Both the position numbers and the translations under genes were made by a program. This document shows positions 22,782-36,596 of a DNA stretch of 64,000 nt, piece after piece. Where the stretch lies: contig NW_003314275.1 in NCBI RefSeq assembly GCF_000143415.4, forward strand, positions 2,089,419 through 2,153,418. The letters are read 5' to 3'. Within the stretch, counting starts at the first letter, position 1. The number at the start of each line of letters is the position of its first letter. The notes beneath the pieces were generated by a model that was not told the origin of the DNA, did no database searches, and was given only the letters and a program-made list of their open reading frames with translations. This DNA is from Selaginella moellendorffii. Its lineage: Eukaryota; Plantae; Lycopodiophyta.

Positions 22782-23899
22782 GTATGCTGAACTCCAATTT
22801 CAAACTTGTTCTATGCTTTATGGCTTTAGTAATGGTTAAAAAATTATTTTTTTTGCATTGTCTAGGCATTAAGCCATTGCAATTGCAAAAAGAGCTTCTT
22901 CATTCAGTATTGTTTAGGCTCAAGGCCTCTACAATCATTAAAAAGATCTATTTGTGATTCCTAGTGCTAGGCACGTTTGGAATTCACAAGTGATTTTCTC
23001 CTGACTGTTTTTTAAACTAACAAGTGATAACTTATCCCATCGTGGTCGCCAAAAGTGAGTAAAGTTTTTTCTGTCTGTACTTGCATTCTTGCCCCTGCCT
23101 GCAAAATAGTGACAAATAAATAAAAATAACAATATAGAAAAAGAAGAGAAGAAAAAAAAAAATTGAGAAGATAATAAGAATTGAATAGAACTTAACTTTG
23201 AACCCCAAAGAAATGAGTAAGGATAAGTATATATCACTCTCTCAACTCTACTTTGCACAAATGGTTATAGATAGGAAAAAAGATAGTTAATTCAATGCAA
23301 ATGAATATAATAGTGAGTGGGGGTTGTTTTCCCGCATATCTAAGTGTTATTTATATACTACATGATTTTATAATTGTTCATAACTGCTTCTCGGCTAGGT
23401 CAGATCTTCCTTCTTTGGATGCCTTAGCTTAGGCATAACTCTATTTCACCTAAGGTTCATTCTTTTGTTTTTCCTAGGAAAATATACAAAATAAAACATT
23501 TACCTCTTCATCAATTGTGTGTTCTTAACTCTTTATTGATTTTCTTATATATCCATTTATGCATACCTTCCACATTAGTTGTTTGTAAGTACACAAAGTA
23601 AGTGAAACTTATATCTGTAAAGTTACTTATACAAAAAGAAAATTATATAAGGATTCCTCCTAAATAGAGGGCTAGTCTGCCTATTTAAGCTAGATGCAAA
23701 TCCGAAGTATTATAACTTGCAAAATATTTACAAAATTTTATCTACTAAATAATTGCTATAATTTTATATAATGTTAGGCAAAAAAGCTATTGTAGGAACT
23801 TTAACTATCCATAATAAAGCTTAGATACTCATAGACAGAAATACACTTGTTAATTATTGAGCTAATAGATGAATCAATTCCAAATCTAGATTGATAAGT

Positions 23900-26800
23900 A
23901 ATAAATTTTCCTGCTGCCAATGTGCCACTATCATATGGAAAACTTTACATGTTTGATGTATTTAAGGCTACAAATATTAAAAAGCAAAACCCATTCAATG
24001 CAAACTATGACCATAATTTGTTATTACAATTAGATCACTTGCTAAGAACAATAAACCCATATGCACAAGCTTTTCAAATAATGTATGATTTTGAATCACA
24101 AAAACAACATCACTCAATTAGCAATAGAACTCAAAAATATAGTGTTTACATGATTGTCAAAAGTGAAGGTATTAATCTACATTGTTATAATTTGCCATGG
24201 ATTAATGATATTGTTGTTGTTTTCGCTACTAATGAGGGTGAGCCACCTCTTGACAAAGAAAGATCCATATAACTCACAGTAAAAAAAAATTCTATTCTCA
24301 ATAAAAATTGTGATTTTATAGTTTATTCTTTACTTTTACCATTTGATGATAAAGGTTAGTATAAAAAAATCTATCAAATGTAACACTACTCTAGTATTAT
24401 ACATATCAAGTATCTCAATAAGATAGCATTAACAACTCTTTCCTTTATGATCAATTGCTACATGTTGGGAAACTCACCTAATAATTTATGGTTGATGCTT
24501 ATGTAAAGGTTGAATCTAACAACCTTAATTTCTTCCACACTCATCAAAACACTTAAAAGTGGATTACTACATAGGTCTTATGGATTATGTTAGCAATATA
24601 ATTGCTATTAATAATGTTGAACCTAGAAAAGTTATAATTTTTCCTTCTATATTTCCTGGTAACCCACGAGTAATGCAATAACATTATCAAGATGTTATTA
24701 CTATTGTTACATATTTTGGAAAACTTAACTTATTCATTACATTTATATGCAACATAAAGTGGTATAAAATTATGCAAAACTTACAGTCGAATGAATCACC
24801 TAAGGATCAACCTCATCTTATTTCAAGAGTTTTCAACGTAAAACTTCCTATATGACATAAGTATCAAAAGAAGTTTTAGGAAGTGTATCATATATAATTA
24901 TGTTATTGAATTCCAGAAAAAAGGTTTGCCTCATTGTCACTTCCTACTAATGTTATCAAGCGAAAGCAAGATAAGAAACCATGACTCAATTGATGAATTT
25001 ATCACTGCACAATTATCACACCCACTACTAAAATCAGAATTGCATAACAAAATTATAAATCATATGATATACAATCTATAAATACTAGAAGCCCTTGCAT
25101 GGAAAATAATAAATGCTCTAAGAATTATCTATAAGAATTTAATGCTAAAATCATTTATTATATTGATCGTTATCCTGATTACTACTGACCTAATAATGAA
25201 CACACTTTTATATAAAATGGTTGTATAATTGATAATAGATGGGTTGTTCTTTATAATAAATACTTTTGTAAGAAATATAAAGCATACATTAATATAGAGA
25301 TTTGCACATCTATTAAAAGTATTATATATTTATTTCAATATATATATAAAGGTTGTAACTTTAGAATTCCTAACTGCATCTAAAGAATAAAGGACTTTAA
25401 ATTGAGATGAAATCTCAAGCTTTATTGATGATCAATATATTTTTGCTCCCAAAGCCATATGGCGTATGTTTAAGTTTCATATACATAATTTATCACTAAC
25501 TATTATACACCTTTTAGTTCATTACCTAAATTTTAAAATTTTTATTTCATACAAGATCATGAACAAGTAGCACTAGAAAGAGCCACTCAAAATGGAACAA
25601 TGCTTACACAATGTTCAATTTAAACATGCAAGACACTAATGCAATACATATATACTCAAATTCTGTTACACTATACATATAATAAATTCTTTTATAAATG
25701 GTAATTATGCCAACGAAAAGCTAAACTCATACCAAGGATGTATTTTATATCTCCTTTTAAAAATGAGTTATACTACTTACAACTTATATTACTTTATAAA
25801 AAAAATGTTGTATCATTTGAGGATATACATACTATTGAAGGTGTTATTTTCTCCTTTTTTTACTAAACAACTGTGGCAATGGGACTTTTAACAGATGATT
25901 CAAAATGGCAACATTGCATACAAGAAGCTTCTACTTTTAAAATATTATCCCAATTAAAATAGTTATTTATTTTTATTTATTTTTATTATTCACCAAAAGA
26001 TTCAAATCTATTATGGGATCAATTTAAAATTGACATGTCTGAGGATTATGCTAAAAATGATATTGATATTTACTTGATATTAACTCAAAATTCCAACTAC
26101 ACAATAAATCTAATTGTGATTTTGGTTTACAACTCCCAGCTCTTGCTCCTATTATTGGACACACACTTAATGCACAGATCCCTAATCCATCACAAGACCA
26201 AATCAATGCAAACATAAATCAATTTAGTGACAAATAATGCTATATTTCTAAGCTCATTATAAATGCCATTAACAGCATCAATATTACTTTATTGATGGAC
26301 CTAGTGGTACAGGGAAAAATTTTCTACTTAATACCATCATTACAGCATTACAATTACAAAAAATAAAAGTAATCAATATGGCATGGACTAGGATTGCAAG
26401 CATTTTGCTAAAATATGGTTAAATGGCACATAAAACTTTTAAACTTTCTATTCCTTTAAATAAAACTTTTATCTCTGCTTTAATAATTAATATTGTTGCT
26501 GGAAAAACAATTAAAAAATCAAATGTTCAAATATAGGATGACATTAGTATATATGCTTTCTCAGTAGTTGATAAATGTTTAAAGCATCTTAAATTTAATT
26601 CTAAACCATTTGGAGGTGTTACAGTGATTACAAGTAGTGACTTTCATCAAACCCTTCATGGTTATTCCGCATGGCTATAGAACTTTTATTATTTCACGCT
26701 CAATTAGAATGAATAGACTATAATCACTCTTTACAACACTAACACTAATAAAGAACATGCATTCAAGCAATCTTTCTTTTTTTGAATGGCTTCTCAAAGT

Positions 26801-27589
26801 TGGCAATGGTGATAGTAATTTGCAGTTGCCATGTTTCCCACTAGATATTACCAAAATACCATATGCACTATCTATCTCTACACCTGTTATAAACTTTGTT
26901 TTCCCAAATACTAATGACATTATAAATACTTACACAGCTACATCAAAGGTCATTCTCACCCCACTCAATGATAACACATTCAGAATAAATAATGACATTG
27001 TTGGAAGACTACTAGGTGATCTATATATTTACTTGAACATTGACACAATTGATTTAAATCACTCTGAAGAGTTCTTAATTGAATTCTTAAATTCAATCAC
27101 CTCATCAGGACTACCACCACACAAATTAGTTCTGAAACAGAATGTGATTTTGATTCTTCTTAGGAACATATCTCCATAAATTGGTTTATGCAATTGCACT
27201 TACCTCATTCTCAAGCAAACATCTTAAAATGTTTAGATTATGAAATTATCATGGGACAATTCAAGGGATTGTGAGTTTTTATTCCATGTATTACTCTTAC
27301 ACCTTTTGATGTTGAAATCCTTTTTAAGATGTTCTAAAGACAATTCACAATTCATTTGGGTTATTGCTTAACCATTTCTAAAGCCCAAGGCCAAACTTTC
27401 AACCATGTTGGCATTTATCTCCCCCAACTTGTTTTCACACATGGTCAACTTTATATGGCTCTCTCAAGGTGTAAATCACCTAAACAACTTTGTGTTCAAG
27501 TGCTTGCAACCCCCATTCAAAGCAATCTTATGCCACACGATCAACACTTTTACACTGTAAATACAGTCTATGTTGAAATTCTTAAGTAG
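23900..27589 (+). mobile_element. Decayed Helitron Rep/Pif1 helicase
   Basis: Rep motifs FPGNPR..HYQD..LFITF and VIEFQKKGLPHCH. Helicase motifs FIDGPSGTGK, PFGG, GLPPHKLVLK and TISKAQGQT..FTHGQLYMALSR. Many stops. Confidence 0.9.
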
Positions 27590-29145
27590 ACTGACAAGTA
27601 TATGGCACAAATCCAAATTCAACTATGATTCCACAAAACTATTTACTCAGCCACCCTTGACTTGCAGTTGCAAGTTTCAAGTGCACACCACAAAAAAGCT
27701 AGCACTGAGTGGTATGCATTGGATGGTGTGCCATTTTGGTTATGGTAATGTGCTATTGAAGTGCTAATGGCAGAGGTACAGTTTTCAATCTTTCTCCACA
27801 GCTTGTCTTCTCTTGCCCATCTTTTGTCACTTATAGTGAAAGTAAAGAAAGGTAAAAGAAAAAAATATTCTTTAACTTAGTTAAAAAATTTAGTAACAAA
27901 TGCAAATGCTTGGCAAATGTGTTTGTAAATGCTAAATTTTTAAATAAACACATTTTTCAGTAACTATGTTTACTAGGACTATGCTTCACCTGCTATCACG
28001 AACTTTAAGAGCAAGACAAACATCGAACAGCACACCACATCTAAATGTGGCCAAAGTGGAAGCTGCCCAAGCTTCCCTCACATGGAGCTCTCACCATCTA
28101 TGTGCAATTTGAGTGGATCAAGTTGCATATGGAGGTGCAGAGCATCCAAGGCCTAAAAATGTCCAAGCTCAACAAGCTCATTGTTTAACCCAGGGTTCTT
28201 TTTGTAGGTTGAGGCTGCAACTTTTGCCTCAAGTAACAGTGACAGTCATCTTTCTCTTGCTGATTTACAGGACTTGCATACAGCTATGGCCAAGCAGGCT
28301 GTGGAGCTTATCAGGATGGTTGTTTGTGGGGCAGCACTTCATCATGACGCTGCTTTTAACATTTAAATTTTTTTAAGGTTTCTCCTTTATCTCTACTATT
28401 TCAGGCAAATTTTCATGGGAAGGATGCTGTGTGGAATCAAATCTGAGGTTGTGCACTCTAGGAGCAATATGAGATCCAACTTTCTTATAAATTTTTTCTC
28501 ATAGCAAGGATTAATTTTAAGGAACTTCAATATCTATTTCTATCAGTTTTCTTTTTCACTAGGCTTCAATTGGTAGCTTTCTTGTAGATCACCATCCTTT
28601 ACCTCCCTACACTAGGCAGACATTGCTGCACTAGTCACATACATGGTCTTATGACTTTGTGGAATATATATTTATATACTATAAGTTTATATACAATTAC
28701 AGCAAAATAAACTGTAGTAAAATAAAAATTACACTAACTAATAGAATGCCATTGATTAAATAAAAACTTCTCTCAATCATTATTCTAGTGATTTATAACA
28801 ATATATTTATATTTTAAGGATTTTCTATAAATTTTTCTTAGTAAAAATAGGTATTATATGGTATAACAGTATTATTTAAATTTTTGGACTAAAATAATTA
28901 TAAATATTTAGTTTGATATAGTTAACTCAATATTATTACAAAACATTAAATAGAATTTTATTTAGTTTCTGTTTTATTTCTTAAGATTTGTTCTAATTTG
29001 GTACAATATACGTGTGAGAATTTCATCTATAAAATAAAGTGATTTTTATTTTGCATTAAAAATTATAAATAAATAACATAAATTATAGTAATATAAATAA
29101 CAAGTCCTGATAATATAAGCCTAAGTTAAATATCAATAATTGTTT

Positions 29146-30051
29146 TTATATACAATTTATTGAATTTGAAGACCATGAAGCAGTTATAGAGTCATACTTT
29201 GAAACAGGTAAAACATAAAGTACGATATTACAATCGTTTTGAATTGATAAAAATGATGGTACTATACATCCTTCCACTCCACAATATGTATTAGTATGCC
29301 AAATACTTTGTACTTCATTATAGATTACCAAATTTCCATCTGATTGTAATATAACTTTACAAAGTAACCCTTTACCATTTGTTCTTGATGACCATTTTGC
29401 AATATTACCATAATAAAGTACTAAATTACAATCATTTTGCATTATAAGCTTATAAAGGGTATTTGGTGAATATAAAGAATCTTTTGATAAAAGAGTGTTA
29501 TGTGGAAACCAGCTAAATAAAGTAGTTTGACTTATTGAATCACAATATATATCTTCTCCATTTATGTTATTATTTGAGGTTTTTATTATATAGTTTTTAA
29601 GATTTTTTAATTCATCTCTTCTGTTTTGAACTGTATACTCTAATGAGTAACCAACCGAACTTGATTTGAAATAGCCTGCACAAGCTGTTAGTAATACACT
29701 CATAGAATTCGCCAAAAGTCTTTGAAAACCAAGTCTTGCAGATCCTCCAGATACAGTATTTAAAACTACGGGATTTCCTCCACATAAATTTCCTTGATTA
29801 TGATTGTGAATATGAAAAACAACCAAAACTCTTTGATTATTTGAAATAGGAAAGATAGCACTGCATGGGAGACCACGTGAGTATCTTTCTGATAAAGCAA
29901 ATGCTACTGGAATAATTTCTTGAATCCTAGATATTATGAATTGAGCAGTGACAATTGTTAATGTTGATTCATCACTAGCTTCATATCCAACAATGCTTAA
30001 ACAAAATTCAAGATATAATGCAAAAAATAATAAGTATATCCAAATTTTCAT
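29146..30051 (-). CDS. Secreted protein with C-terminal bulb-type (GNA) mannose-binding lectin domain
   Basis: Intronless 301-aa ORF with a signal peptide. Three QxDxNxVxY sites: QNDCNLVLY, QSDGNLVIY, QNDCNIVLY. Confidence 0.8.
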   Translation of the reverse strand: MKIWIYLLFFALYLEFCLSIVGYEASDESTLTIVTAQFIISRIQEIIPVAFALSERYSRGLPCSAIFPISNNQRVLVVFHIHNHNQGNLCGGNPVVLNTVSGGSARLGFQRLLANSMSVLLTACAGYFKSSSVGYSLEYTVQNRRDELKNLKNYIIKTSNNNINGEDIYCDSISQTTLFSWFPHNTLLSKDSLYSPNTLYKLIMQNDCNLVLYYGNIAKWSSRTNGKGLLCKVILQSDGNLVIYNEVQSIWHTNTYCGVEGCIVPSFLSIQNDCNIVLYVLPVSKYDSITASWSSNSINCI

Positions 30052-30570
30052 TTCTTGATTGCAATTTTAGAATTTATCTCTACTTCTCTAGCTTTTCATA
30101 TAGTTTATAAAGTCAACCAATCATTATTTTTACAGTTGGATAGATAGAGATTTAATAGTCTAATATCAGTATTTATTGAGATAAATCATTATAATGTTTG
30201 ACTTTTGATATCATAATTTTAAATGTACTTTATAAACGATTTTTTAAAACTTGTGATACTTGGTAGTACGTGTCACGCCTAGCTCAGTCAATAGATGAGT
30301 TGACTTAAATTGTATATAAAGCTTCGTAAAATGCAGTAGAAATCTCTCCCGCCTAAAGTTGTTTTTGGTGCTAAACAACACTGCTTTGCGCATAAAGTAA
30401 ATTATAATAGACTAAAGTTGTTCAGGTAGTTATCCAACTTTTTACTATGTCACATTCTCGTACATAAAATCGCAGCAAAGAGGCTTTCATCAACCACGTC
30501 AAAGGAAAAAAAAAAACTCTATGCTGTCGTCCAGGTCAGCGCTACGCTAGCCCTAGATGCTGCCGCGTGT

Positions 30571-32568
30571 ATGCGCTGTGTCGCTCTCGAGGAGCAAGAG
30601 AATGCGATCGCGCGCGTTGTTCTTCACTGCCGGAGCTCCGGAGGTGAGCCAACGCTCGCGCGTCTCTCCGATGGTCCTCGCCACCGGTGGAGCTGCTACC
30701 TGGGCAATCAGGCCTATGGCCGGTTTGGCCGCCCCGATCGATCCTGGGGCGCGTTTGCGGCCATGGAGCAGCGCAATCTCTTCTCCTGGACGATTGCAAT
30801 GGCGGCGCTGTCCCAGAGTGGGGAGATCCATTGCGCCAAGGCGGTGTTTGATCTCATGCCAATGAGGGATCTCTACGCCTGGAACGTGATGCTCTCTGCA
30901 ATCCACGAGAACGATTCGCTGGATGCCCTGGTGGATGCTTTCACGAGAATGCCGGAGAGGGATCCAGTCTCGTGGAACGTAATGGTTACAGCATTTGCCC
31001 AGAACGGGCAAATGCTCCAAGCCATGGACTTGTTCTTGCGGATGCCTCGCAGGAATGTGATCTCCTGGACAACTATGATTGGAGCTTTGAGCGATTGCGA
31101 GGCCGGACGCCACGATCTAAAACTCGATGCAATCGCGTTCTTCGATCGAATGCCGCAGAGGAACATTGTGTCGTGGACAGCCATGGTCCATGCCAGTGCC
31201 TCGGCGGATCGGCTGGAAGAGGCGAGAATTCTCTTCGATTCAATGCCTGCGCGCAATCTCGTCTCTTGGAACGTCTTTCTGGCTGGATCGAAGGACCTCT
31301 CGATCGAGACGCTCGAGAAGATCCCGGCCAAGGACTCTGTGACGCTCAAGACGATCATGAATTGGTACTGCCAGACTGGAAGAACCGCCGACGCTAAAGC
31401 CCTCTTCGATCGATTGCCCGAGAGGGATGTCATGTCATGGACGTGTATGATCCAAGTAAATTCTTGTCAGCTCGATCGAGCCAAGTTTGCCTTCGATCTA
31501 ATGCCGGCATGGAGCGTGGTCTCCATGAATTCCATGGGGGCGGTGTTTGTGACCCATGGAGAACTTGCCAAAGCAAAAAAGCACTTTGATCTTGGACAGG
31601 AGAGGAACGTCGTGAGCTGGACCGCGATGATCCAAGCGTTCGATCGAGCCGGAGAGGTGGAAGCAGCGCAGAGAGCTTTCGATCTAATGCCCTCCTGGGA
31701 CGAGATCTGCTGGCTGGCGATCCTGGCCGCGAATTCCTCGGATCCGGAAGCGGTCCAGCGCCTGTTCTTCCGTGCGCCGGCTAGATCCGTCCTGGCATGG
31801 AACGCTCTCCTCTCAGCCATCGCGCACAGCGGAGGAGCATCGATCGAGGAAACAAAGAGGCTCTTCGATCTGATGCCGGAGCACGATGCCGGATCGTGGA
31901 ATGTCTTGATCGCGATCGAGGCAGAGGAGATCGGATCCAGCAAAGTCTTCTTCGACTCTTCTCCGGAGAGGAACGCTCTCTCCTGGGAAGCGCTCTTGCA
32001 AGGTACGGCAAAGTACGGGGACCTCTACGGCACAATGTCCGTACTGGAAAAGATGCCGGCGTGGAGCCTCCTCTCGTGGAATCTAGCCCTTGCAGCAAAT
32101 GCCCGCTCTGGGCATGTGGCAAGCTTACGAAGAACATTCTCTACAATGCCGGAACGAGACACGGTATCTTTTGGCACCGCGCTCGCGGCATTTGCCCACA
32201 GTGGGCACGGCACAGACGGCATCCTCCTCTTCCACGTCATGCTCCTCGAGGGCGTGGCGCCCAGTGATATTTGCTTCGTCCACCTCTTGGTAGCCTGCAA
32301 CCACGTCGGCCTCCTTCACGAGGGATTGTGTGTGTTCTCGGGCATGGCCGGCGATCACGGGGTGGCACCCGGGCTCGAGCACTTTTGCTGCGTGGTGGAC
32401 ATCCTGGGAAAGGTCGGGAGGCTGGAATATGCCCGCTGGCTTCTGGAGAATATGCCGTTCGTACCCGATGACGTGGCGTTGGGGAGCTTGTACGGCGCGT
32501 GTGTTGTTCACGGTGACGTGGAGGGCGCCAGGGCAGCACTCGCCGCGATGACGTGGGACTCCAACTAA
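30571..32568 (+). CDS. PLS-class pentatricopeptide repeat protein with E-like C-terminus
   Basis: 665-aa ORF; repeated FDxMPxRxxxSWxxM units; ends HFCCVVDILGKVGRL...MPFVPD. Confidence 0.9.
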   Translation: MRCVALEEQENAIARVVLHCRSSGGEPTLARLSDGPRHRWSCYLGNQAYGRFGRPDRSWGAFAAMEQRNLFSWTIAMAALSQSGEIHCAKAVFDLMPMRDLYAWNVMLSAIHENDSLDALVDAFTRMPERDPVSWNVMVTAFAQNGQMLQAMDLFLRMPRRNVISWTTMIGALSDCEAGRHDLKLDAIAFFDRMPQRNIVSWTAMVHASASADRLEEARILFDSMPARNLVSWNVFLAGSKDLSIETLEKIPAKDSVTLKTIMNWYCQTGRTADAKALFDRLPERDVMSWTCMIQVNSCQLDRAKFAFDLMPAWSVVSMNSMGAVFVTHGELAKAKKHFDLGQERNVVSWTAMIQAFDRAGEVEAAQRAFDLMPSWDEICWLAILAANSSDPEAVQRLFFRAPARSVLAWNALLSAIAHSGGASIEETKRLFDLMPEHDAGSWNVLIAIEAEEIGSSKVFFDSSPERNALSWEALLQGTAKYGDLYGTMSVLEKMPAWSLLSWNLALAANARSGHVASLRRTFSTMPERDTVSFGTALAAFAHSGHGTDGILLFHVMLLEGVAPSDICFVHLLVACNHVGLLHEGLCVFSGMAGDHGVAPGLEHFCCVVDILGKVGRLEYARWLLENMPFVPDDVALGSLYGACVVHGDVEGARAALAAMTWDSN

Positions 32569-33380
32569 GCAGTGACGTGGAGGCCGGCATTCAACGCGGT
32601 CAGCTTTGACTCTAATCAAATCGAAGAGATCATGTTGTGATGTTTCCCATGACACCGCCGCTACGCACTTGATTTAAATTTCTTTCTCTTGATAGCCTAC
32701 AATCCTTTCACGTGTAGGATTTTTTCCATGTATTTCATTTGATACCCCGGCGCGCGGCGATGGATGGATCACACAAGTCAATCAGTGGGCAATAGAAAAT
32801 CCCGGGCATGTTAGCGTTAGCTGTTGCTTTGGCTTGTTCCATCCCCACGTGGGATATTCCCTCCCGGCCATCTCCCGCCGTTGGATGGGATCCCGCCACC
32901 GTTGGATCTAGGGCTCTTGGTGGTGCACGGTCTTTGAGAATGGAGGGGCAAACCACGCGTATTCATTCTCTCATTCATTCGTCGCAGAGGAAAGATGGGA
33001 AAACGGAACGATTGCCGGCTCGAATCCTGTGAAAATTCCCCACTTTTTTGCCTGGCTTTCCCTTTTTTTGCTTTTTTTTTCTATCGCTCTGTTCTTCGCT
33101 ACTCACGACACGGATCGCGACCCCTAAATTCAGTTGAGTCAGAGAGGCGAAAGAGGTGCTCCATCAATGTGGGCTTCCGTGCTTCCAATCCAAAAATCGC
33201 CTCCATTTCCTCTTCCAATTTTCCAATTCCAATCTCTCTCTCGTTTTCGCGTACTTTGGAGCGATGATTGATGGGGCACAGCGAGCAGAGGAGTCCCTGT
33301 CGGAGATTGATTGAGAGGTTTGACTGATTCGGGAGGGAAGATTTGGAAAGATTCCCATTCCTTCCACGAATCGATCGAGA

Positions 33381-36300
33381 ATGGGTGCTTTGGGGGTGGG
33401 AGGAGCGATGCATTCGATCTTCTCCAGCTGCTCCGGGAGTGTTTGCGTGACCGTGGACGATCGCCAGGAGCGCGCGCTATCGAATCGCCATCAGTCTAGG
33501 AGCAGTGGCGTGGGATGTTCTTCGTCGCGATCGGGCAATGTGGTTCTCGTGGCGATGGATGCGCTGAGCGGCGATGGCGGCGCCGTCGTGCTCCAGGAGC
33601 ACGCGCTGCGATGGGCGGCGAGGAATGTGGTTCGATCGGGCGATTGTCTCTGCGTCGTGGCTATCTATCGCCGGGATCAGGGATTTGGGCGCAAGCTCTG
33701 GCATTGCGATGATTCTCGCAGTGGCGACGAGGAATTCGTGGGCTGCCGCAATCGCCCTCGCCCTCCTCGCCATCGCGATCCGAGGGAGCAAAGGATCAAG
33801 GATTCGTGCACGCTTCTGGCTAGCAAGCTCTGTGACACCTCCAAGGTGAATCCAATCGAGCTATTGATCTATCCATTCTCCAATCCATTCTAACCAGCGC
33901 TTGTTTTGCTCGCTGTTCCAGATCAATCTCAAGGTGAAGACGACCCCATGGTGGAGAGGGATTGTGGTCGAAGAGGCCAACAAGCTCCAAGCTTCGTGGG
34001 TTGTTCTTGAGAGGTGCGTATATTCTGTGACCGTTTTGGCATATTCTGTGAGAAGAATATGCTTGTTTTAAAACCTTGGGATTTGAAGAACCCTAGCTCT
34101 TCCAGGTCTTTGCGAAAGGAGGGCAAGTGGTGCGCCCGCGGCTGCCGATCCAACGTCGTCGTGGTCAGCCAGGTCGGTTTCCGGGTGCTGTGCCTGAATC
34201 TCAAGAATGCCGCGGCGGCGATCGCTTCCTCGTCGTCGTCCTCGATGCTCGGATTGCCGTCGTCGAAGAAGCGAGTGATATTCTCGACTGGCGATGGCGC
34301 GGCTGCCGCGGATTTCGAGGAAGAGGCGAGCAGTAGCCCAGAGATCGAGACGCCGTTCAGCGTGACCGAGCGCGGAAGCAGCAGCTCATCGTCGACGTCG
34401 AGCTCAGAGCACGATCGTGCTGTCGGATTCTCTTGCACTGGCGGGGCCAAGAAGAAGATCTCTACTGCTGCCGCAACCGATAGCGTGATTTCATCCGACA
34501 CCAAGAAAAATTGCCTAGGTGAGTCTTCGCTATTTCTTCGTGATTTATAGCGATCAAGAACTTTCCATATGTTTTAGACGAGCGGTTGTTCTCCCAGACG
34601 AGATCCATACTCTCCGACGCTGAGAACTACATCAAATGCAGGCCCGGGCTTGACAGCGCCACAACTCCAGACATTTCAGAGCGCTTCTCCGCGTTACAAG
34701 TCGAGAGCTATGGGAAGAGTCCCAGGAAGAACGCCAGGCACGTCTCCCAGCGATCGTCCGAGGGCTTGCTTCCAATCGAGGAAGTGGAGGCTCCGTCGGT
34801 GTCAAACCAGCACCGCAACCAACAACCAGACGATCATCGTCTACTGGACAGAACTTCGAGCGTTCGAAAGGCGGTCGCTTTACCACTGAAACGCTCGCTA
34901 GCCGGTTCGCCGCCTTTGTGTTCTATCTGCCAACATGCCTCTCCAGTCTTCGGCAGGCCTCCTCGTCGATTCAGCTACAGCGAGCTCGAGTTCGCTACCG
35001 GCGGATTTTGCAATGCAAACTTTCTCGCGGAGGGTGGCTATGGCTCGGTCCACAGGGGTGTTCTTGGGGACGGGATTCCCGTGGCTGTGAAGCAGTACAA
35101 ACTGGCTAGCTCGCAAGGTGACTTGGAGTTTTGCTCCGAGGTGGAAGTCCTGAGCTGCGCGCAGCACCGAAACGTGGTGATGCTGATCGGATACTGCATC
35201 GAAAGAAAGCGAAGGTTGCTTGTCTACGAGTTTATCTGCAATGGCTCGCTCGATTCTCATATCTATGGTATGTTCTTTTTTATGTGGTCGCTGTTTCGTG
35301 AGCTTGATGTTTTTTGCTTTTGTGGATTGCTTAGGTGTGACCAAGCCCCCGCTGAAATGGTCATCGAGGCACAAGATAGCCGTTGGAGCTGCTCGGGGAT
35401 TGCGTTACTTGCACGAAGAATGCCGTGTTGGTTGCATCGTCCACAGGGACATGCGTCCAAACAATATTCTTCTGACACACGACTTTGAGCCCATGGTTAG
35501 CGCTTTGTCTACGTTTGCGTGTCTGCCGTCGTGCGTTACGTTTATCTGATACGTGAGATTAAACAGGTCGGCGACTTTGGACTCGCGAGGTGGCAGCCAG
35601 ACGGTGATCTGGGCGTAGAAACGCGAGTAATTGGCACGTTTGGGTACGTAGACCACATTGTTTTAAAAACTCTCCTCGTGTTCATGGCAGCGAGAATGGT
35701 GTTGCAGTTACTTGGCCCCAGAGTACGCGCAAACGGGCCACATAACGGAAAAAGCTGATGTATTCTCGTTTGGCGTTGTTCTTTTGGAGCTTGTCACCGG
35801 CCGCAAAGCCATTGATATCTCACGACCAAGAGGACAGCAATGTCTCACAGAGTGGGTAAGCTAAGATTGGTTTTAGTTGGCAGCTCTTTAATCTGTCGAT
35901 ACAGGCACGTCCATTGCTAGAAGAACAGGCTCATCACGAGCTCATCGATCCGGCGCTAGTGAACGAGCTTAACCAGTACGAGGCTTACTGCACGTTGTTT
36001 GCGGCCTCCTTGTGTATCCAACGCGACGCACACTTGAGACCTCGCATGTCACAGGTAAGTAAAGTCTTCTTCGAGGAAAACTGATCTTCTCTCGCAAATG
36101 CACAGGTGCTACGAATGCTCGAAGGCGATCTAAATCTCAGCCGAAACTCGTCCCCGATGCGATCACGCCTGACTTACTCCCCGCACTCCTCGTCCAAGAA
36201 CAGCGTGAGATCGATGAGCCCCGCGAAAAGTAGGCTCTTCCCGGGAGCTCTAGACAGCGTTGTCAACAGCTTCATGTCCGCCCACCCCATCGTCGTTTGC

Positions 36301-36381
36301 AACACAAAGCTCTCCCACGAAGCTCTCAAGGCCGCGTACAAAGACAAGCTCGACTCGCAGAGGCCATCGCTCGAAGAGTAG
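33381..36381 (+). CDS. USP-like domain + receptor-like cytoplasmic kinase (multi-exon)
   Basis: VLVAMDA..ALRWA..NVV USP-like N-terminus; [24 protein letters not shown]; EGGYGSV; VAVK; HRDMRPNN; [12 protein letters not shown] introns. Confidence 0.9.
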
Positions 36382-36596
36382 AAATCTCTTCGCTCAAATC
36401 CCTGCCAACTTCAGTCACAAAAACAAAGAGAGAAGATGAAGAGAAGAAAAACAAAAAATTCTTACTAACAATGTAGCTGCCGTACGTAGCCTTTCCCATG
36501 TACAAATGGTCGAGAAAAATCATCGCCTAATAGAAGAAGAAACCCTGTGTTGTCCCTCCCTTGTTCCCTCTTTATAAAAATTTCTATCTCCCACCA

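Noticed and set aside
20535-23500. Decayed retroelement coding region
   Set aside because: Too degenerate for me to identify any motif reliably.
27590-30290. Helitron capture of the lectin gene
   Set aside because: No convincing hairpin-CTRR terminus beyond the lectin; a weak candidate end lies near 27900-27940, before it.
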